64,000 bases of DNA from Acidobacteriota bacterium (GTDB lineage: Bacteria; Acidobacteriota; UBA6911; RPQK01; JADFOI01): the NCBI GenBank assembly GCA_963663035.1, contig OY760074.1:864001-928000 (forward strand), in the 5' to 3' direction. The position numbers were made by a program, and so were the translations under genes. Shown piece after piece: positions 1 to 9,569 of the stretch. How positions within the stretch are numbered: the first letter of the stretch is position 1; every line of letters begins with the position of its first letter. The notes beneath the pieces were generated by a model, which saw only the letters and a list, made by a program, of their open reading frames with translations, ran no database searches and was not told the origin of the DNA.

Positions 1-828
1 TTCCTGGGATTTTCTCCAGAGCGAGTCGATCCAGGAAACGTCAAGTTTACCACCAAGAACACTCCCAAGATCGTAGGCGGGATCACCCCTCACTGCACCG
101 AGATGGCCAAGGCGCTTTACGAGCAAGTCATCGATACGGTTATCCCAGTCTCTTCGGCAGCCACGGCTGAAATGGTGAAACTGTTGGAGAACACCTTTCG
201 GGCCGTGAATATAGGACTGGTCAACGAGATCACCATTATGTGCGACAAGCTGGGAGTCTCGGTTTGGGAAGTCATTGAAGCTGCCGCAACGAAACCTTTT
301 GGATTTATGCCGTTTTTCCCCGGTCCCGGACTGGGTGGCCACTGTATCCCCATAGATCCTCTCTACCTCTCCTGGAAATTGAAGATGCTCAACTACAATG
401 CTCGCTTCATTGAACTGGCCAGTGAGGTCAACACTCAGATGCCGGAATATTGTGTCCATCGAATTGTGGCGGTTCTCAACCAAAATCGAAAGTGTGTGAA
501 CGGGACAAAGGTATTGATCATGGGCCTGACCTATAAGAAGGACGTGAGCGATGTGCGCGAGTCCCCGGCTCTGGATATCATCCGCCTGTTGGAGCTGGGT
601 GGGGCGAAGGTGGACTACTCTGATCCCTATGTTTCACAAGTGCGACTTGATGGAGCTGTTAAGGAATCAGTGCCTCTGAGTCCGGCAAAAATTAAGGGAT
701 ACGACCTGGTGGTGATGGTGACCAATCATTCTAGTTTCGATTACGAGATGATCCAGGAATCGGCACAGTTAGTTTTCGATACTCGAAACGTCTTCAGAGA
801 AGCTTTCGATAACCTCGTTAAACTTTGA
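1..828 (+). CDS. UDP-glucose/GDP-mannose dehydrogenase family nucleotide-sugar dehydrogenase (WbpA/WecC-like), 5' truncated by window edge
   Basis: Frame open from base 1 (FLGFSPERVDPGN); KLLENTFRAVNI and catalytic GPGLGGHCIPIDP motifs; YKKDVSDVRESP. Confidence 0.9.
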   Translation, partial: FLGFSPERVDPGNVKFTTKNTPKIVGGITPHCTEMAKALYEQVIDTVIPVSSAATAEMVKLLENTFRAVNIGLVNEITIMCDKLGVSVWEVIEAAATKPFGFMPFFPGPGLGGHCIPIDPLYLSWKLKMLNYNARFIELASEVNTQMPEYCVHRIVAVLNQNRKCVNGTKVLIMGLTYKKDVSDVRESPALDIIRLLELGGAKVDYSDPYVSQVRLDGAVKESVPLSPAKIKGYDLVVMVTNHSSFDYEMIQESAQLVFDTRNVFREAFDNLVKL

Positions 829-2066
829 TGACCCACTCTTCGGATGATCTGATCTGGGATCGGTGGATTTCCCTTGCTGTAATGGGCGGGGTGGTGAGCT
901 CTCTACTGTCGATCGCCGTCTCGGATATCTTGTTTGGTATTTCTATCCTACTCTGGATTGTCCACTGCTGGAAACGCAGAAAGCTGAGTCTGAAGGTCCC
1001 TCCTTTTATCGCCTTCCTGGCGGCATTTTTGGCGGCCGTCTTGATTGCTGTTGCCTTCTCCAGCGATGTCCTGGTCAGTGCTGCCTACTTGAAGAAGTTC
1101 ATCAAGTTTTTCTACGTCTTGTTGATCTTCACTTATCTGAATCGAGAGCGGGTTGAGTACGCTCTCAAAGCGATGGCCATGGTTCTGGGAATCAGTGCAG
1201 TGTACGGGATCCTGCAGTATTTCTGGCTGCTGGACATCAATCTGGTCAATCGTATCGATGGATTCATGGGACACTGGATGACCTTCTCGGGACAGTTGAT
1301 GCTGGTCTCAGTCGCTCTAGGGGGGTATCTCTTGTTCTATCGTTTGCCCCAAACCTTAGCGGGAGAGGGTGAGCATCGGGTGGGTCTGTTGAGTCGAGAA
1401 GTCCTCTCCCTGGGTGCCTGGAGTGTACTGCTGGCCCTCTTTCTTTTTGTCCTGGTTCTGACCCACACTCGAAGCAGCTGGCTGGGGACAGTTGGCGGGC
1501 TTTTACTGCTCTTATCGGTTTATCGGGTCAGATGGTTCCTGGCAGGCATCCTCATCTTGATAGCGCTCTTTTTTGCTCTCCCCAGCGGTTTGAAAGAACG
1601 TGTCTATTCCGGTCTTGACCTGACTGATACCACCACGCGCGGACGCATCGAGCTGCTGCGCACCGGCAGGAATATGATCGTAGCTCATCCCTGGACGGGT
1701 GTGGGGCCCAACATGGTGTCTCGTCGCTATCAGGATTACAATGAAACGGACGAGTTTGAAACCTGGCTCTATCAACATCTCCACAACAATTTCCTGCAGG
1801 TCGCCGCTGAAATGGGGGTGGTCACTCTCTTGATCTGGGTGGCGCTGTGGGTTCGCTTGTTTTGGGATTTCGCTCGTTTCGTTCGAGATCCAGCTTCCGA
1901 TCGCTTTTCGTCGTGCCTTGCCATGAGCGGAATCGGGGTGCTGGTTGCGTTTTTGCTGGCGGGTTTGTTTGAGTATAATTTCGGTGACTCGGAGATCCTG
2001 ATCCTGCTTCTGTTTTTCATTACAATTCCCTATGTGGTCCATGGCGGACAGGAAAAAGGCGCTTAA
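828..2066 (+). CDS. O-antigen ligase family membrane protein
   Basis: Many hydrophobic segments; THTRSSWLG, HPWTGVG and HLHNNFLQ motifs typical of WaaL/Wzy_C. Confidence 0.8.
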   Translation: MTHSSDDLIWDRWISLAVMGGVVSSLLSIAVSDILFGISILLWIVHCWKRRKLSLKVPPFIAFLAAFLAAVLIAVAFSSDVLVSAAYLKKFIKFFYVLLIFTYLNRERVEYALKAMAMVLGISAVYGILQYFWLLDINLVNRIDGFMGHWMTFSGQLMLVSVALGGYLLFYRLPQTLAGEGEHRVGLLSREVLSLGAWSVLLALFLFVLVLTHTRSSWLGTVGGLLLLLSVYRVRWFLAGILILIALFFALPSGLKERVYSGLDLTDTTTRGRIELLRTGRNMIVAHPWTGVGPNMVSRRYQDYNETDEFETWLYQHLHNNFLQVAAEMGVVTLLIWVALWVRLFWDFARFVRDPASDRFSSCLAMSGIGVLVAFLLAGLFEYNFGDSEILILLLFFITIPYVVHGGQEKGA

Positions 2067-3162
2067 TATTGCACTGCTAGGAACCCGTGGAATTCCTGCC
2101 AATTACGGAGGCTTTGAAACCTTTGCTGAGGAACTTTCCACTCGTCTGGTCAAGCGGGGGCACCGCGTTACTGTCTACGGGCGCTCTCACTTTGTCGATC
2201 CTGACTTGCGCTCCTATCGAGGGGTGGATATCTGCACACTTCCTTGTGTGCAGACGAAATATTTGGAGACAGTCAGCCACACTTTTCTCTCCGTCCTGGC
2301 GGCCCTCTTCAAGCCCTATGATGTGGTCTTGATCTGTAATGCCGCCAATGCCTGTTTTTGCTGGATCCCGGCACTAACCGGGCAGAAAGTGGTGCTGAAC
2401 GTCGATGGGATCGAGCGCCTCAGGAAAAAGTGGAACTGGCTGGGTAAGGCCTACTATCGGCTGAATGAGTTCTTATCTACAATACTCCCCGATCGGGCGG
2501 TGACCGACGCTCGTTCCGTTCAACAATACTACTTGACGGAGTATGGCTTTCGTTCCCCTTTTATCCCCTATGGAGCACCCGTGCAAGAGTGCGAAAGCCT
2601 CGAATCAGTGAAATCCCTGGGCCTGAAACCTGGAAATTATCTTCTCTACGTCAGCAGGCTCGAGCCAGAAAACAACGCCCATCTCGTGATCCAGTCTTAC
2701 ATCGACTCCGGACTGGACTACCCGCTGGTTGTGGTGGGAGATGCGCCCTATGCTGCAGATTATATCCGCGATCTGTATCGCCTGGCCAAGGGCAGGAATG
2801 TTCTTTTGCCTGGAGCCATCTACGGTGTGGGCTACCGTGAATTGCTTTCCCACTGTCTGTGCTACATTCACGCAACCGAGGTGGGGGGGACTCATCCTGC
2901 CCTCATTGAGGCGATGGGAGCGGGTTGCCTGGTGCTGGTCAATGAGACACCGGAGAATCGTGAGGTTTTGGGCGAGGCGGGCTTTCTCTATCCTTTCAAC
3001 GATTCGAAGTCACTGGCCCGGTTGATGATGCGGGTTTGCTCTCGAGCTCACGAATACGATCAATACCGGGAACGGGCTCGGCAACGGGTGCGGGATTCCT
3101 ACAGTTGGGAAGCAGTGGTGACTCAATATGAGGACATCTTCAATGAGCTCACAGCCGACTGA
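2041..3162 (+). CDS. Glycosyltransferase family 4 (DUF1972-type)
   Basis: IALLGTRGIPANYGGFETFAEEL N-terminus; RLEPENN; GGTHPALIEAMG. Confidence 0.88.
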   Translation: MADRKKALNIALLGTRGIPANYGGFETFAEELSTRLVKRGHRVTVYGRSHFVDPDLRSYRGVDICTLPCVQTKYLETVSHTFLSVLAALFKPYDVVLICNAANACFCWIPALTGQKVVLNVDGIERLRKKWNWLGKAYYRLNEFLSTILPDRAVTDARSVQQYYLTEYGFRSPFIPYGAPVQECESLESVKSLGLKPGNYLLYVSRLEPENNAHLVIQSYIDSGLDYPLVVVGDAPYAADYIRDLYRLAKGRNVLLPGAIYGVGYRELLSHCLCYIHATEVGGTHPALIEAMGAGCLVLVNETPENREVLGEAGFLYPFNDSKSLARLMMRVCSRAHEYDQYRERARQRVRDSYSWEAVVTQYEDIFNELTAD

Positions 3163-4102
3163 CTCGCTTTACAACCAACCCCGTCATCCCATTGGCGTGG
3201 TGTTCCGGCGCACAGGTTTGAAACCGGATGTACTGCGTGTCTGGGAAAGGCGCTACGCTGCAGTGAGTCCTGCCCGGTCCTCTGGAAATCGGCGCGTTTA
3301 CTCGGATGCAGACATAGAAAAACTTCTCTTCTTGCGTCAGGCCATTGAAGGTGGGCGCAGAATCTCTCAGGTGGCTCAGCTCAATCAAGAGGAGCTGGAG
3401 GAATTGGTGGCGGCAGATCGAAGCTCCACCCCTCTCCTCAGGACCCTGCAGGACTCTGGTCAGAAACTCAATGCTGAGCACCATTTAGCTGCCTGCCTGT
3501 CGGCCGTTCAGGAACTCGAGGCCGGTGAGTTGGCGATCCTGCTCGAACGTGCAGCGGTTGCCTTGAGTCAACCTCAGCTCCTGGAAGGTGTCCTGGTCCC
3601 ATTGATGGAAGAGGTCGGGGAGCAGTGGGACCAGGGATCTTTGAGGGTGGCCCATGCGCATATGGCCTGCGCGGTCACCTGTTCGTTTCTGTCGGGACTG
3701 CCAGCGGGATGTGAGGTGGTGGAAGGGGCGCCTCAATTGGTAGTGGCGACCCCGCTGCGACAATTTCACGAGGTGGGTGCTCGGATGGCAGCTGCCACAG
3801 CCGCATCGGTGGGCTGGTGTGTCACGTATTTGGGTACCAGCCTCTCGGCTGAAGAGATTGCAGGTGCTGCCCAGCGGAAGGGAGCTCGAGCGGTTGCTCT
3901 CAGCATTGTTTATCCGCCTGATGACCCCCAGCTGCCTGAAGAGTTGCGCAAGCTCCGCCGCCATTTGGGGGATCCAATCTCTGTGCTGGTGGTCGGCAGA
4001 TCCGCCGGGAGCTACCGTGAAGTTGTCCAGGAGATCGGAGCAAGGCATCTGCAGGGGGTCACCCAACTGCGTGAGGAGCTCCAGAACTTGAGGTCGCACT
4101 AA
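3143..4102 (+). CDS. MerR-family regulator with cobalamin-binding domain (CarH/LitR-like)
   Basis: MerR HTH (LRVWERRY..PARSSGNRRVYS); W-x9-AH and QxHxxG..YLG..ALS B12-binding Rossmann motifs. Confidence 0.82.
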   Translation: MSSQPTDSLYNQPRHPIGVVFRRTGLKPDVLRVWERRYAAVSPARSSGNRRVYSDADIEKLLFLRQAIEGGRRISQVAQLNQEELEELVAADRSSTPLLRTLQDSGQKLNAEHHLAACLSAVQELEAGELAILLERAAVALSQPQLLEGVLVPLMEEVGEQWDQGSLRVAHAHMACAVTCSFLSGLPAGCEVVEGAPQLVVATPLRQFHEVGARMAAATAASVGWCVTYLGTSLSAEEIAGAAQRKGARAVALSIVYPPDDPQLPEELRKLRRHLGDPISVLVVGRSAGSYREVVQEIGARHLQGVTQLREELQNLRSH

Positions 4103-4127
4103 ATTTGCTGATGGATCTTGCTAAGTG

Positions 4128-4988
4128 ATGGATCTGAGCGTGGTCATCGTGAATTGGAACAGCGGGACCTACCTGGCTCGTCTGCTGACTTCTCTTCTCC
4201 CCTTAAAAGAGGAGTTGGAAGAAATTTGGGTCGTGGATAATGCCTCCAGCGACTCGAGTCTGGATGGGCTCGAAGACACTCCTGGTGTCCAGATCCTGTC
4301 TCTCCCTGAGAATCAGGGTTTTGCTGGTGGAGCCAATGAAGGCATTTCTCGAAGCAGCTCCACTTTCATCTTACTCTTCAATCCGGATGTGGAAGTGGTT
4401 GCAGACAGCGTCCGCCAGCTTTACCAGGAGATGAAGAAGAGGCCCCGAGCTGCCATCGTATGTGGTGCGCTGGAGGATCCAGAGGGGAAATCACAGAGCG
4501 CCTTTCAGCTCCTCCCCTTTCCCAGCTGGAAAAGTGTATTGTCCGATGCACTCTTTATCGATGAGCTCATAGCATGGCTGGGCAACGGATCGGGGAGGCG
4601 GAAGTCGACTGCATCCGCTGGGCCCTCTTCACCGGGCGGGCGAGAATTGGACTCTGAGCAGCCGGCTGCGGCTGCCTGGTTGCTTCGCAAGGAGGCCTGG
4701 AAGGAAATGGGTGGGTTCGATACCCGATTTTTTCCGGCCTGGTTTGAGGATGTCGACTATTGTAAGCGACTCCAGGGCTCCGGTTGGCAGATTTTCTATT
4801 TTCCTGACTTGCCCATGATCCACCGAGGCGGACTGGCGTTGGAAACACTGAGTTATGCTGGCTTTGTTGGAATCTTTTACCAAAATCTGCTCAGATACCT
4901 GAAAAAGCATCCTGCCCGTCTCTATCCGCTGCTGTGGCTTCCCGTCCAGACGGGAATGTGGATCAGGCGGCTGTTGATACCAAGATGA
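4128..4988 (+). CDS. Glycosyltransferase family 2
   Basis: LSVVIVNWN, VVDNASSD, NPD, GGFD..F..FEDVD. Confidence 0.88.
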   Translation: MDLSVVIVNWNSGTYLARLLTSLLPLKEELEEIWVVDNASSDSSLDGLEDTPGVQILSLPENQGFAGGANEGISRSSSTFILLFNPDVEVVADSVRQLYQEMKKRPRAAIVCGALEDPEGKSQSAFQLLPFPSWKSVLSDALFIDELIAWLGNGSGRRKSTASAGPSSPGGRELDSEQPAAAAWLLRKEAWKEMGGFDTRFFPAWFEDVDYCKRLQGSGWQIFYFPDLPMIHRGGLALETLSYAGFVGIFYQNLLRYLKKHPARLYPLLWLPVQTGMWIRRLLIPR

Positions 4989-5992
4989 ACACCGCAAGCA
5001 GACGTCCGGTCCTGGTGAGTCTGGTCACCTACAATGACGAGTCTTTTCTTGCCCGTTGCCTGGTGGCGGTGCAAAGGCAAACCATTGAAGTACGGGTGAA
5101 GCTTTTTGATAACGATTCTCACGATGGGACTCGAGAGATTGCCCGCAGCTATGGAATCCAAGTGCATGAATCGACGGAAAATCGAGGCTACAGTTTTGGC
5201 CACAACCACAACCTTCTGGGGGAGGATTTTGACGCTGTCCTGCTTCTCAATGCGGACGTCATTTTGCAACTCAACTATCTTGAGGTGCTTCTGGGAGCCC
5301 TGAATGAGGTTGAAAAAGCAGGGATGGCCGGGGGGAAACTGTATCGAATGGATAACAAAGGCCGCCAGGTCTTTCGGGGGGCCTTTCCAGTCCTGGACAG
5401 CACCGGGATGTTCTTCACTCCTTCTCAGCGACACTTTGACCGGGGCAGTGAAGAGGAAGACCGCGGACAGTATGATCTCCGTCACCTCGTTTTCGGTATC
5501 ACCGGAGCGACCCTCTTATGCAAGAAGGAGATGCTGGAGGATTTGCGCCTGGGGGATGAGTATCTGGATGAAGACTTCTTTGCCTATCGTGAGGACGCAG
5601 ACCTGGCCTGGAGGGCTCAACTGCGAGGTTGGAAGGCGGTCTACGAACCGCGAGCTGAGGCCCTGCACTGCCGTCGCGTGCTTCCCAAGGGCAGGAAAAG
5701 ACTCCCCCCTCTCATCAATTACCATTCCCTCAAAAACCGCTATCTGATGCGGATGAAGAACCTCGACTCGGCGGTGCGAAGACGCTGCTTTCCCCATATG
5801 TGGATTCGGGATGTGGGTATTCTTGCCTATGTCCTGCTCTTCGAGTGGAGTTCCCTGCCGGCTTATCGAGAAGTGTGGCGCCTTCGACAAAAGTTCAGCC
5901 AGAAACGTGCGCACGTTCAGGGCACGCGCCGTGTGAGCTCTGACGGCATCGTCCCTTGGTTTTCATTTACGCCTACAGCCCTGGATCCATGA
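4985..5992 (+). CDS. Glycosyltransferase family 2
   Basis: VTYN, DNDSHD, NRGYSFGHN, FFAYREDADLAWR; ATG overlaps upstream stop (ATGA). Confidence 0.88.
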   Translation: MNTASRRPVLVSLVTYNDESFLARCLVAVQRQTIEVRVKLFDNDSHDGTREIARSYGIQVHESTENRGYSFGHNHNLLGEDFDAVLLLNADVILQLNYLEVLLGALNEVEKAGMAGGKLYRMDNKGRQVFRGAFPVLDSTGMFFTPSQRHFDRGSEEEDRGQYDLRHLVFGITGATLLCKKEMLEDLRLGDEYLDEDFFAYREDADLAWRAQLRGWKAVYEPRAEALHCRRVLPKGRKRLPPLINYHSLKNRYLMRMKNLDSAVRRRCFPHMWIRDVGILAYVLLFEWSSLPAYREVWRLRQKFSQKRAHVQGTRRVSSDGIVPWFSFTPTALDP

Positions 5993-6068
5993 ATTCCCAG
6001 CTTCCCGCTTTCGAGGGCATTTGACTTTCGATGTGTTAGTATAGAAAGCAGATCAGGAGGACTCAAAA

Positions 6069-6380
6069 ATGGGAGAAGCGACGAAAGTAGCAACGAAGCA
6101 AGATTTGCAGCCTGGCGACGCCCTCTGTGTGGAGGTGAATGGGCAGAAGATCGCTCTTTTCAACGTGGAGGGAACTTACTACGCCCTCGACGATACCTGT
6201 ACTCACGTGGGAGGTTCCCTGTCGCAGGGAGAGGTGAGTGCAACCAGCGTGACCTGCCCCTGGCACGGTGCTCAGTTCGAGCTCGAGACGGGTAATGTGG
6301 TGCGGGCACCCGCTCAGGATAACGTGGGATGCTATAAGGTTCTCGTCGAAGGCGATGATATCAAGATAGAAATCCCTTAG
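6069..6380 (+). CDS. Rieske 2Fe-2S ferredoxin
   Basis: CTH...CPWH Rieske ligands; AGGAGG RBS. Confidence 0.9.
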   Translation: MGEATKVATKQDLQPGDALCVEVNGQKIALFNVEGTYYALDDTCTHVGGSLSQGEVSATSVTCPWHGAQFELETGNVVRAPAQDNVGCYKVLVEGDDIKIEIP

Positions 6381-6412
6381 AAGCTTTGACCGGATAAAGG
6401 AGGAGTTTGCTT

Positions 6413-7162
6413 ATGTACGATCCCTTGATGGTTCAGCCCATGCGCGATGAAATGACCCAGGCTGGTTTCAAGGAGTTAACCAGCGCCGGAGATGTGGATG
6501 CCCTGGTGGGGCAAAAGGAGACAACAAATCTGATCTTCATTAATTCCGTCTGTGGCTGTGCCGCCGGTATTGCCAGGCCTGCAATCATAGAATCCCTGAA
6601 GAATGAGATCCTTCCCCAGGAGCTGGCGACGGCCTTTGCAGGCAATGACGTGGAAGCTGTGGATCGGGCCAGAGCATGTTTCGTCGGCTATGCTCCCTCT
6701 TCCCCCTGCCTGGCTCTGTTCCGCGAAGGCCGGCTCGTTCACATGATCGAAAGACATCACATCGAGGGACAGACGGCGGAAGCTCTCACAAAGATGCTGA
6801 CCAGCGTCTACAACAGGTACTGCGGGGAACAGATCGATGAATCGGCCGAGATCTACGATCCCCTGGCTGAGCTGCAGATGACGGTGGAGGAAGCCAGGGA
6901 GAAAATCTCCGCCAACTCCGAGCTGGCTCTTCTGGATCTGCGGATGCCTTCTGAAGTCGAGAAGGGAAAGATCGAAGGTGCCCTGATGGTGGATGAAAAG
7001 TTGGGGCAGGAAATCGTCAGCAGTTGGCCCCGAGATCGTCAGATCATTATTTACTGCCAGCATGGCAACAGGAGTCTGACCACGACCCAGTTCTTAAGAA
7101 CGCAGGGATTCCAGAACGTGTTCACCCTCACAGGCGGGTTCGAAGCCTGGTCCAACAACTGA
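6413..7162 (+). CDS. Bacilliredoxin (BrxA/BrxB, YphP/YqiW family) fused to rhodanese domain
   Basis: PMRDEMT..GF.EL, NSVCGCAAG.ARPA, PSSP..ALFR, ERHHIEG; C-terminal LLDLR..E, YCQHGNRS, GGFEAW rhodanese. Confidence 0.85.
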   Translation: MYDPLMVQPMRDEMTQAGFKELTSAGDVDALVGQKETTNLIFINSVCGCAAGIARPAIIESLKNEILPQELATAFAGNDVEAVDRARACFVGYAPSSPCLALFREGRLVHMIERHHIEGQTAEALTKMLTSVYNRYCGEQIDESAEIYDPLAELQMTVEEAREKISANSELALLDLRMPSEVEKGKIEGALMVDEKLGQEIVSSWPRDRQIIIYCQHGNRSLTTTQFLRTQGFQNVFTLTGGFEAWSNN

Positions 7163-7200
7163 GGGGGTGTTGCCCAAAGGACCGGAAAGTGGGAGCCGCC

Positions 7201-8313
7201 TCAGTGCGGCGAATCGAGGATAGATTCGGCACCTGAGGTGCCTCCCACCTCCACCTGAGGCCGCTCCTCCATTCTCCCGCTCACCTTTAGGTTGGGATCG
7301 GCTGGAAGGTCCCAAGGGTCGGCTGCTTTGGCCTCAAGTCGAGCCGTGGCAGCACCCGCTATCATGGCGGCGTTATCCGTGGTCAGCTCGGATCGCGGAT
7401 AGTAGACGGGAAGCCCCCGCTCCTGGAAGAACTCCCTGGCGCGCCGGCGCAGTTCACTGTTACAGGAAACTCCTCCCGAGATCTGGATGGAACGGACCTC
7501 TCGGCTTCTCAGTGCCTTCTTCAAGCGGTTCAGAAGCTGATCCACAATCGATTTTTGATAGCTGGCCACCAGATCCAGAATGGGCTGGGGCAGCGGGCCC
7601 GAATTCTCTGAGACGCTCCGCTTCAGCGGAGCAATGCCGTGTTGTTTGATGTGACGCAAGGCGGCGGCTTTGATCCCACTGAAACTGAAATCGAGACGAC
7701 CGTCACTGATTTTCGGTATGGAAAAGGGAATGCTGTGGGGATCCCCTTGAGGTGCCAGTCGATCAATGACCGGTCCTCCAGGATAGCCCAAGCCTAAGTA
7801 CTTGGAGAGCTTGTCCAGGGCTTCTCCGGCAGCATCGTCTCGAGTCCTGGAAATCTCCTGATAGCTCCCCATCTCCTTTTGATAAAAGAGGCTGGTGTGC
7901 CCTCCTGAGACCACCAGAGAAAGGGCGGGCAGCTCCGCATGGGGATGATCCAGGAAAATAGAACTGAGATGTCCCTCCAGATGGTTGATTCCCACAAAAG
8001 GAATCTTCACAGCAAAGGCCAGTGCCTTTGCATAAGCCATGCCCACCATCAGCGCGCCCATTAGACCCGGTCCCCGTGTCACTGCAATGGCCGCGATGTC
8101 CTTCCAGGTAAAACCCGCCTCCTTTAAGCATTGCTCGATGACGAAGCAGATGTTCTGGACGTGCTCGCGGCTTGCCAGCTCAGGTACCACACCACCAAAA
8201 TCAGCGTGCACGGGAATCTGTGAGGCCACCACGCTGGAGAGAATGGTCCGACCGTCTTTGACCAGGGCTGCGGCCGTCTCGTCACAGCTGGACTCAATAC
8301 CCAGGACGATCAT
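7201..8313 (-). CDS. tsaD: tRNA threonylcarbamoyltransferase TsaD
   Basis: [47 protein letters not shown]. Confidence 0.96.
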   Translation of the reverse strand: MIVLGIESSCDETAAALVKDGRTILSSVVASQIPVHADFGGVVPELASREHVQNICFVIEQCLKEAGFTWKDIAAIAVTRGPGLMGALMVGMAYAKALAFAVKIPFVGINHLEGHLSSIFLDHPHAELPALSLVVSGGHTSLFYQKEMGSYQEISRTRDDAAGEALDKLSKYLGLGYPGGPVIDRLAPQGDPHSIPFSIPKISDGRLDFSFSGIKAAALRHIKQHGIAPLKRSVSENSGPLPQPILDLVASYQKSIVDQLLNRLKKALRSREVRSIQISGGVSCNSELRRRAREFFQERGLPVYYPRSELTTDNAAMIAGAATARLEAKAADPWDLPADPNLKVSGRMEERPQVEVGGTSGAESILDSPH

Positions 8314-9341
8314 TTTTCGAATAGTGCCGGGATCGACTCGTCATAGGGATCTCTGGCGACCCCTTTCTCGGTGATAATGGCGGAGACGAGCCGATTGGGA
8401 GTGACGTCAAAGGCCGGATTGGCGACCGAGACGGAAGCGGGCGCCAGGACCTGGCCCTTGATCTCGGTCACTTCCCGGATGTTTCGCTGCTCGATGGGAA
8501 TGCCCTCACCAGTCGGTGTATCCAGGTCAATGGTGGAAAGAGGTGCGGCAACATAAAAAGGGATCTGGTGTTCCCTGGCCAAAACAGCCACTGAATACGT
8601 TCCGATCTTGTTGGCCACGTCCCCATTGCGGGCGATGCGATCAGCTCCCACGACCACGACCTGGATTTGATTTGCTTTCATAAAGTATCCTGCCATGTTG
8701 TCAGTGATGAGCGTGCAGGGTATTTCCTCCTTCATCATCTCCCAGGCGGTCAGCCGCGAACCCTGAAGGAAGGGTCGCGTCTCGTCGGCAAAAACCTGGA
8801 TCTTCTTTCCATTTTCAACAGCCGCTCGCACCACACCCAAGGCAGTTCCATAGCCGGCCGTTGCCAGAGCGCCGGCATTGCAATGGGTCAACAAAGTCAT
8901 CTTCTCCGAGAGGAGTTGCTGTCCATGTTCTCCGATCTTGCGGTTAGTCTCGATATCTTCTCGATGGATCGTGATGGCTTCCGTGGTCAAAGCGCTTTGA
9001 ATCTCTTCCAGCGGCTGGTCCTTGACTTTCTGAAACACCTTTTCCATGCGTTCAATGGCCCAGAAGAGATTGCGCGCCGTGGGACGCGTTTTATGGATCC
9101 TGCGGGCGATGGCGGCGAACTCTTCCTCCACGTTTTCCCTGGAGGCCAGGTTTGCAACCCCCAGGGCGATCCCCATAGCCGCGGCAACTCCGATGGCGGG
9201 AGCTCCTCGAATCACCATGGTCTCAATGGCTTGGGCCACTTCTTCCACGCTTCGATAGGTGTTGTAAATTTCCTCGGTAGGCAGTAATCGCTGATCGATC
9301 ATGACCACGCCATCGTCGGTCCACTCAATAGTCCGAATCAT
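8310..9341 (-). CDS. mtnA: S-methyl-5-thioribose-1-phosphate isomerase
   Basis: [48 protein letters not shown]. Confidence 0.95.
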   Translation of the reverse strand: MIRTIEWTDDGVVMIDQRLLPTEEIYNTYRSVEEVAQAIETMVIRGAPAIGVAAAMGIALGVANLASRENVEEEFAAIARRIHKTRPTARNLFWAIERMEKVFQKVKDQPLEEIQSALTTEAITIHREDIETNRKIGEHGQQLLSEKMTLLTHCNAGALATAGYGTALGVVRAAVENGKKIQVFADETRPFLQGSRLTAWEMMKEEIPCTLITDNMAGYFMKANQIQVVVVGADRIARNGDVANKIGTYSVAVLAREHQIPFYVAAPLSTIDLDTPTGEGIPIEQRNIREVTEIKGQVLAPASVSVANPAFDVTPNRLVSAIITEKGVARDPYDESIPALFEK

Positions 9342-9380
9342 GCCTCAACCTTACAACAGACCACAGACCACGGACAAGAC

Positions 9381-9531
9381 AGGAGGCAGGAGGCAGGAGG
9401 CAGGAGGTAGGAGGTAGGAGGCAGGAGGTAGGAGGCAGGAGGTAGGAGGCAGACCACAGCCAGGTGTTAGGTTACCAGCTTCTCTCTCCTCTCTCTTTGC
9501 GCGCGAAGCGCGTCTTCTGCCTCCTGCCTCC
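9381..9531. repeat. Heptamer tandem repeat (AGGAGGY x10) with inverted partial copy
   Basis: Direct reading 9381-9452; reverse-orientation CCTCCTG units at about 9514-9531. Confidence 0.9.
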
Positions 9532-9569
9532 TTTCTTCTAGCCATGCTATCCTGCTAAAATCTTTCCGA

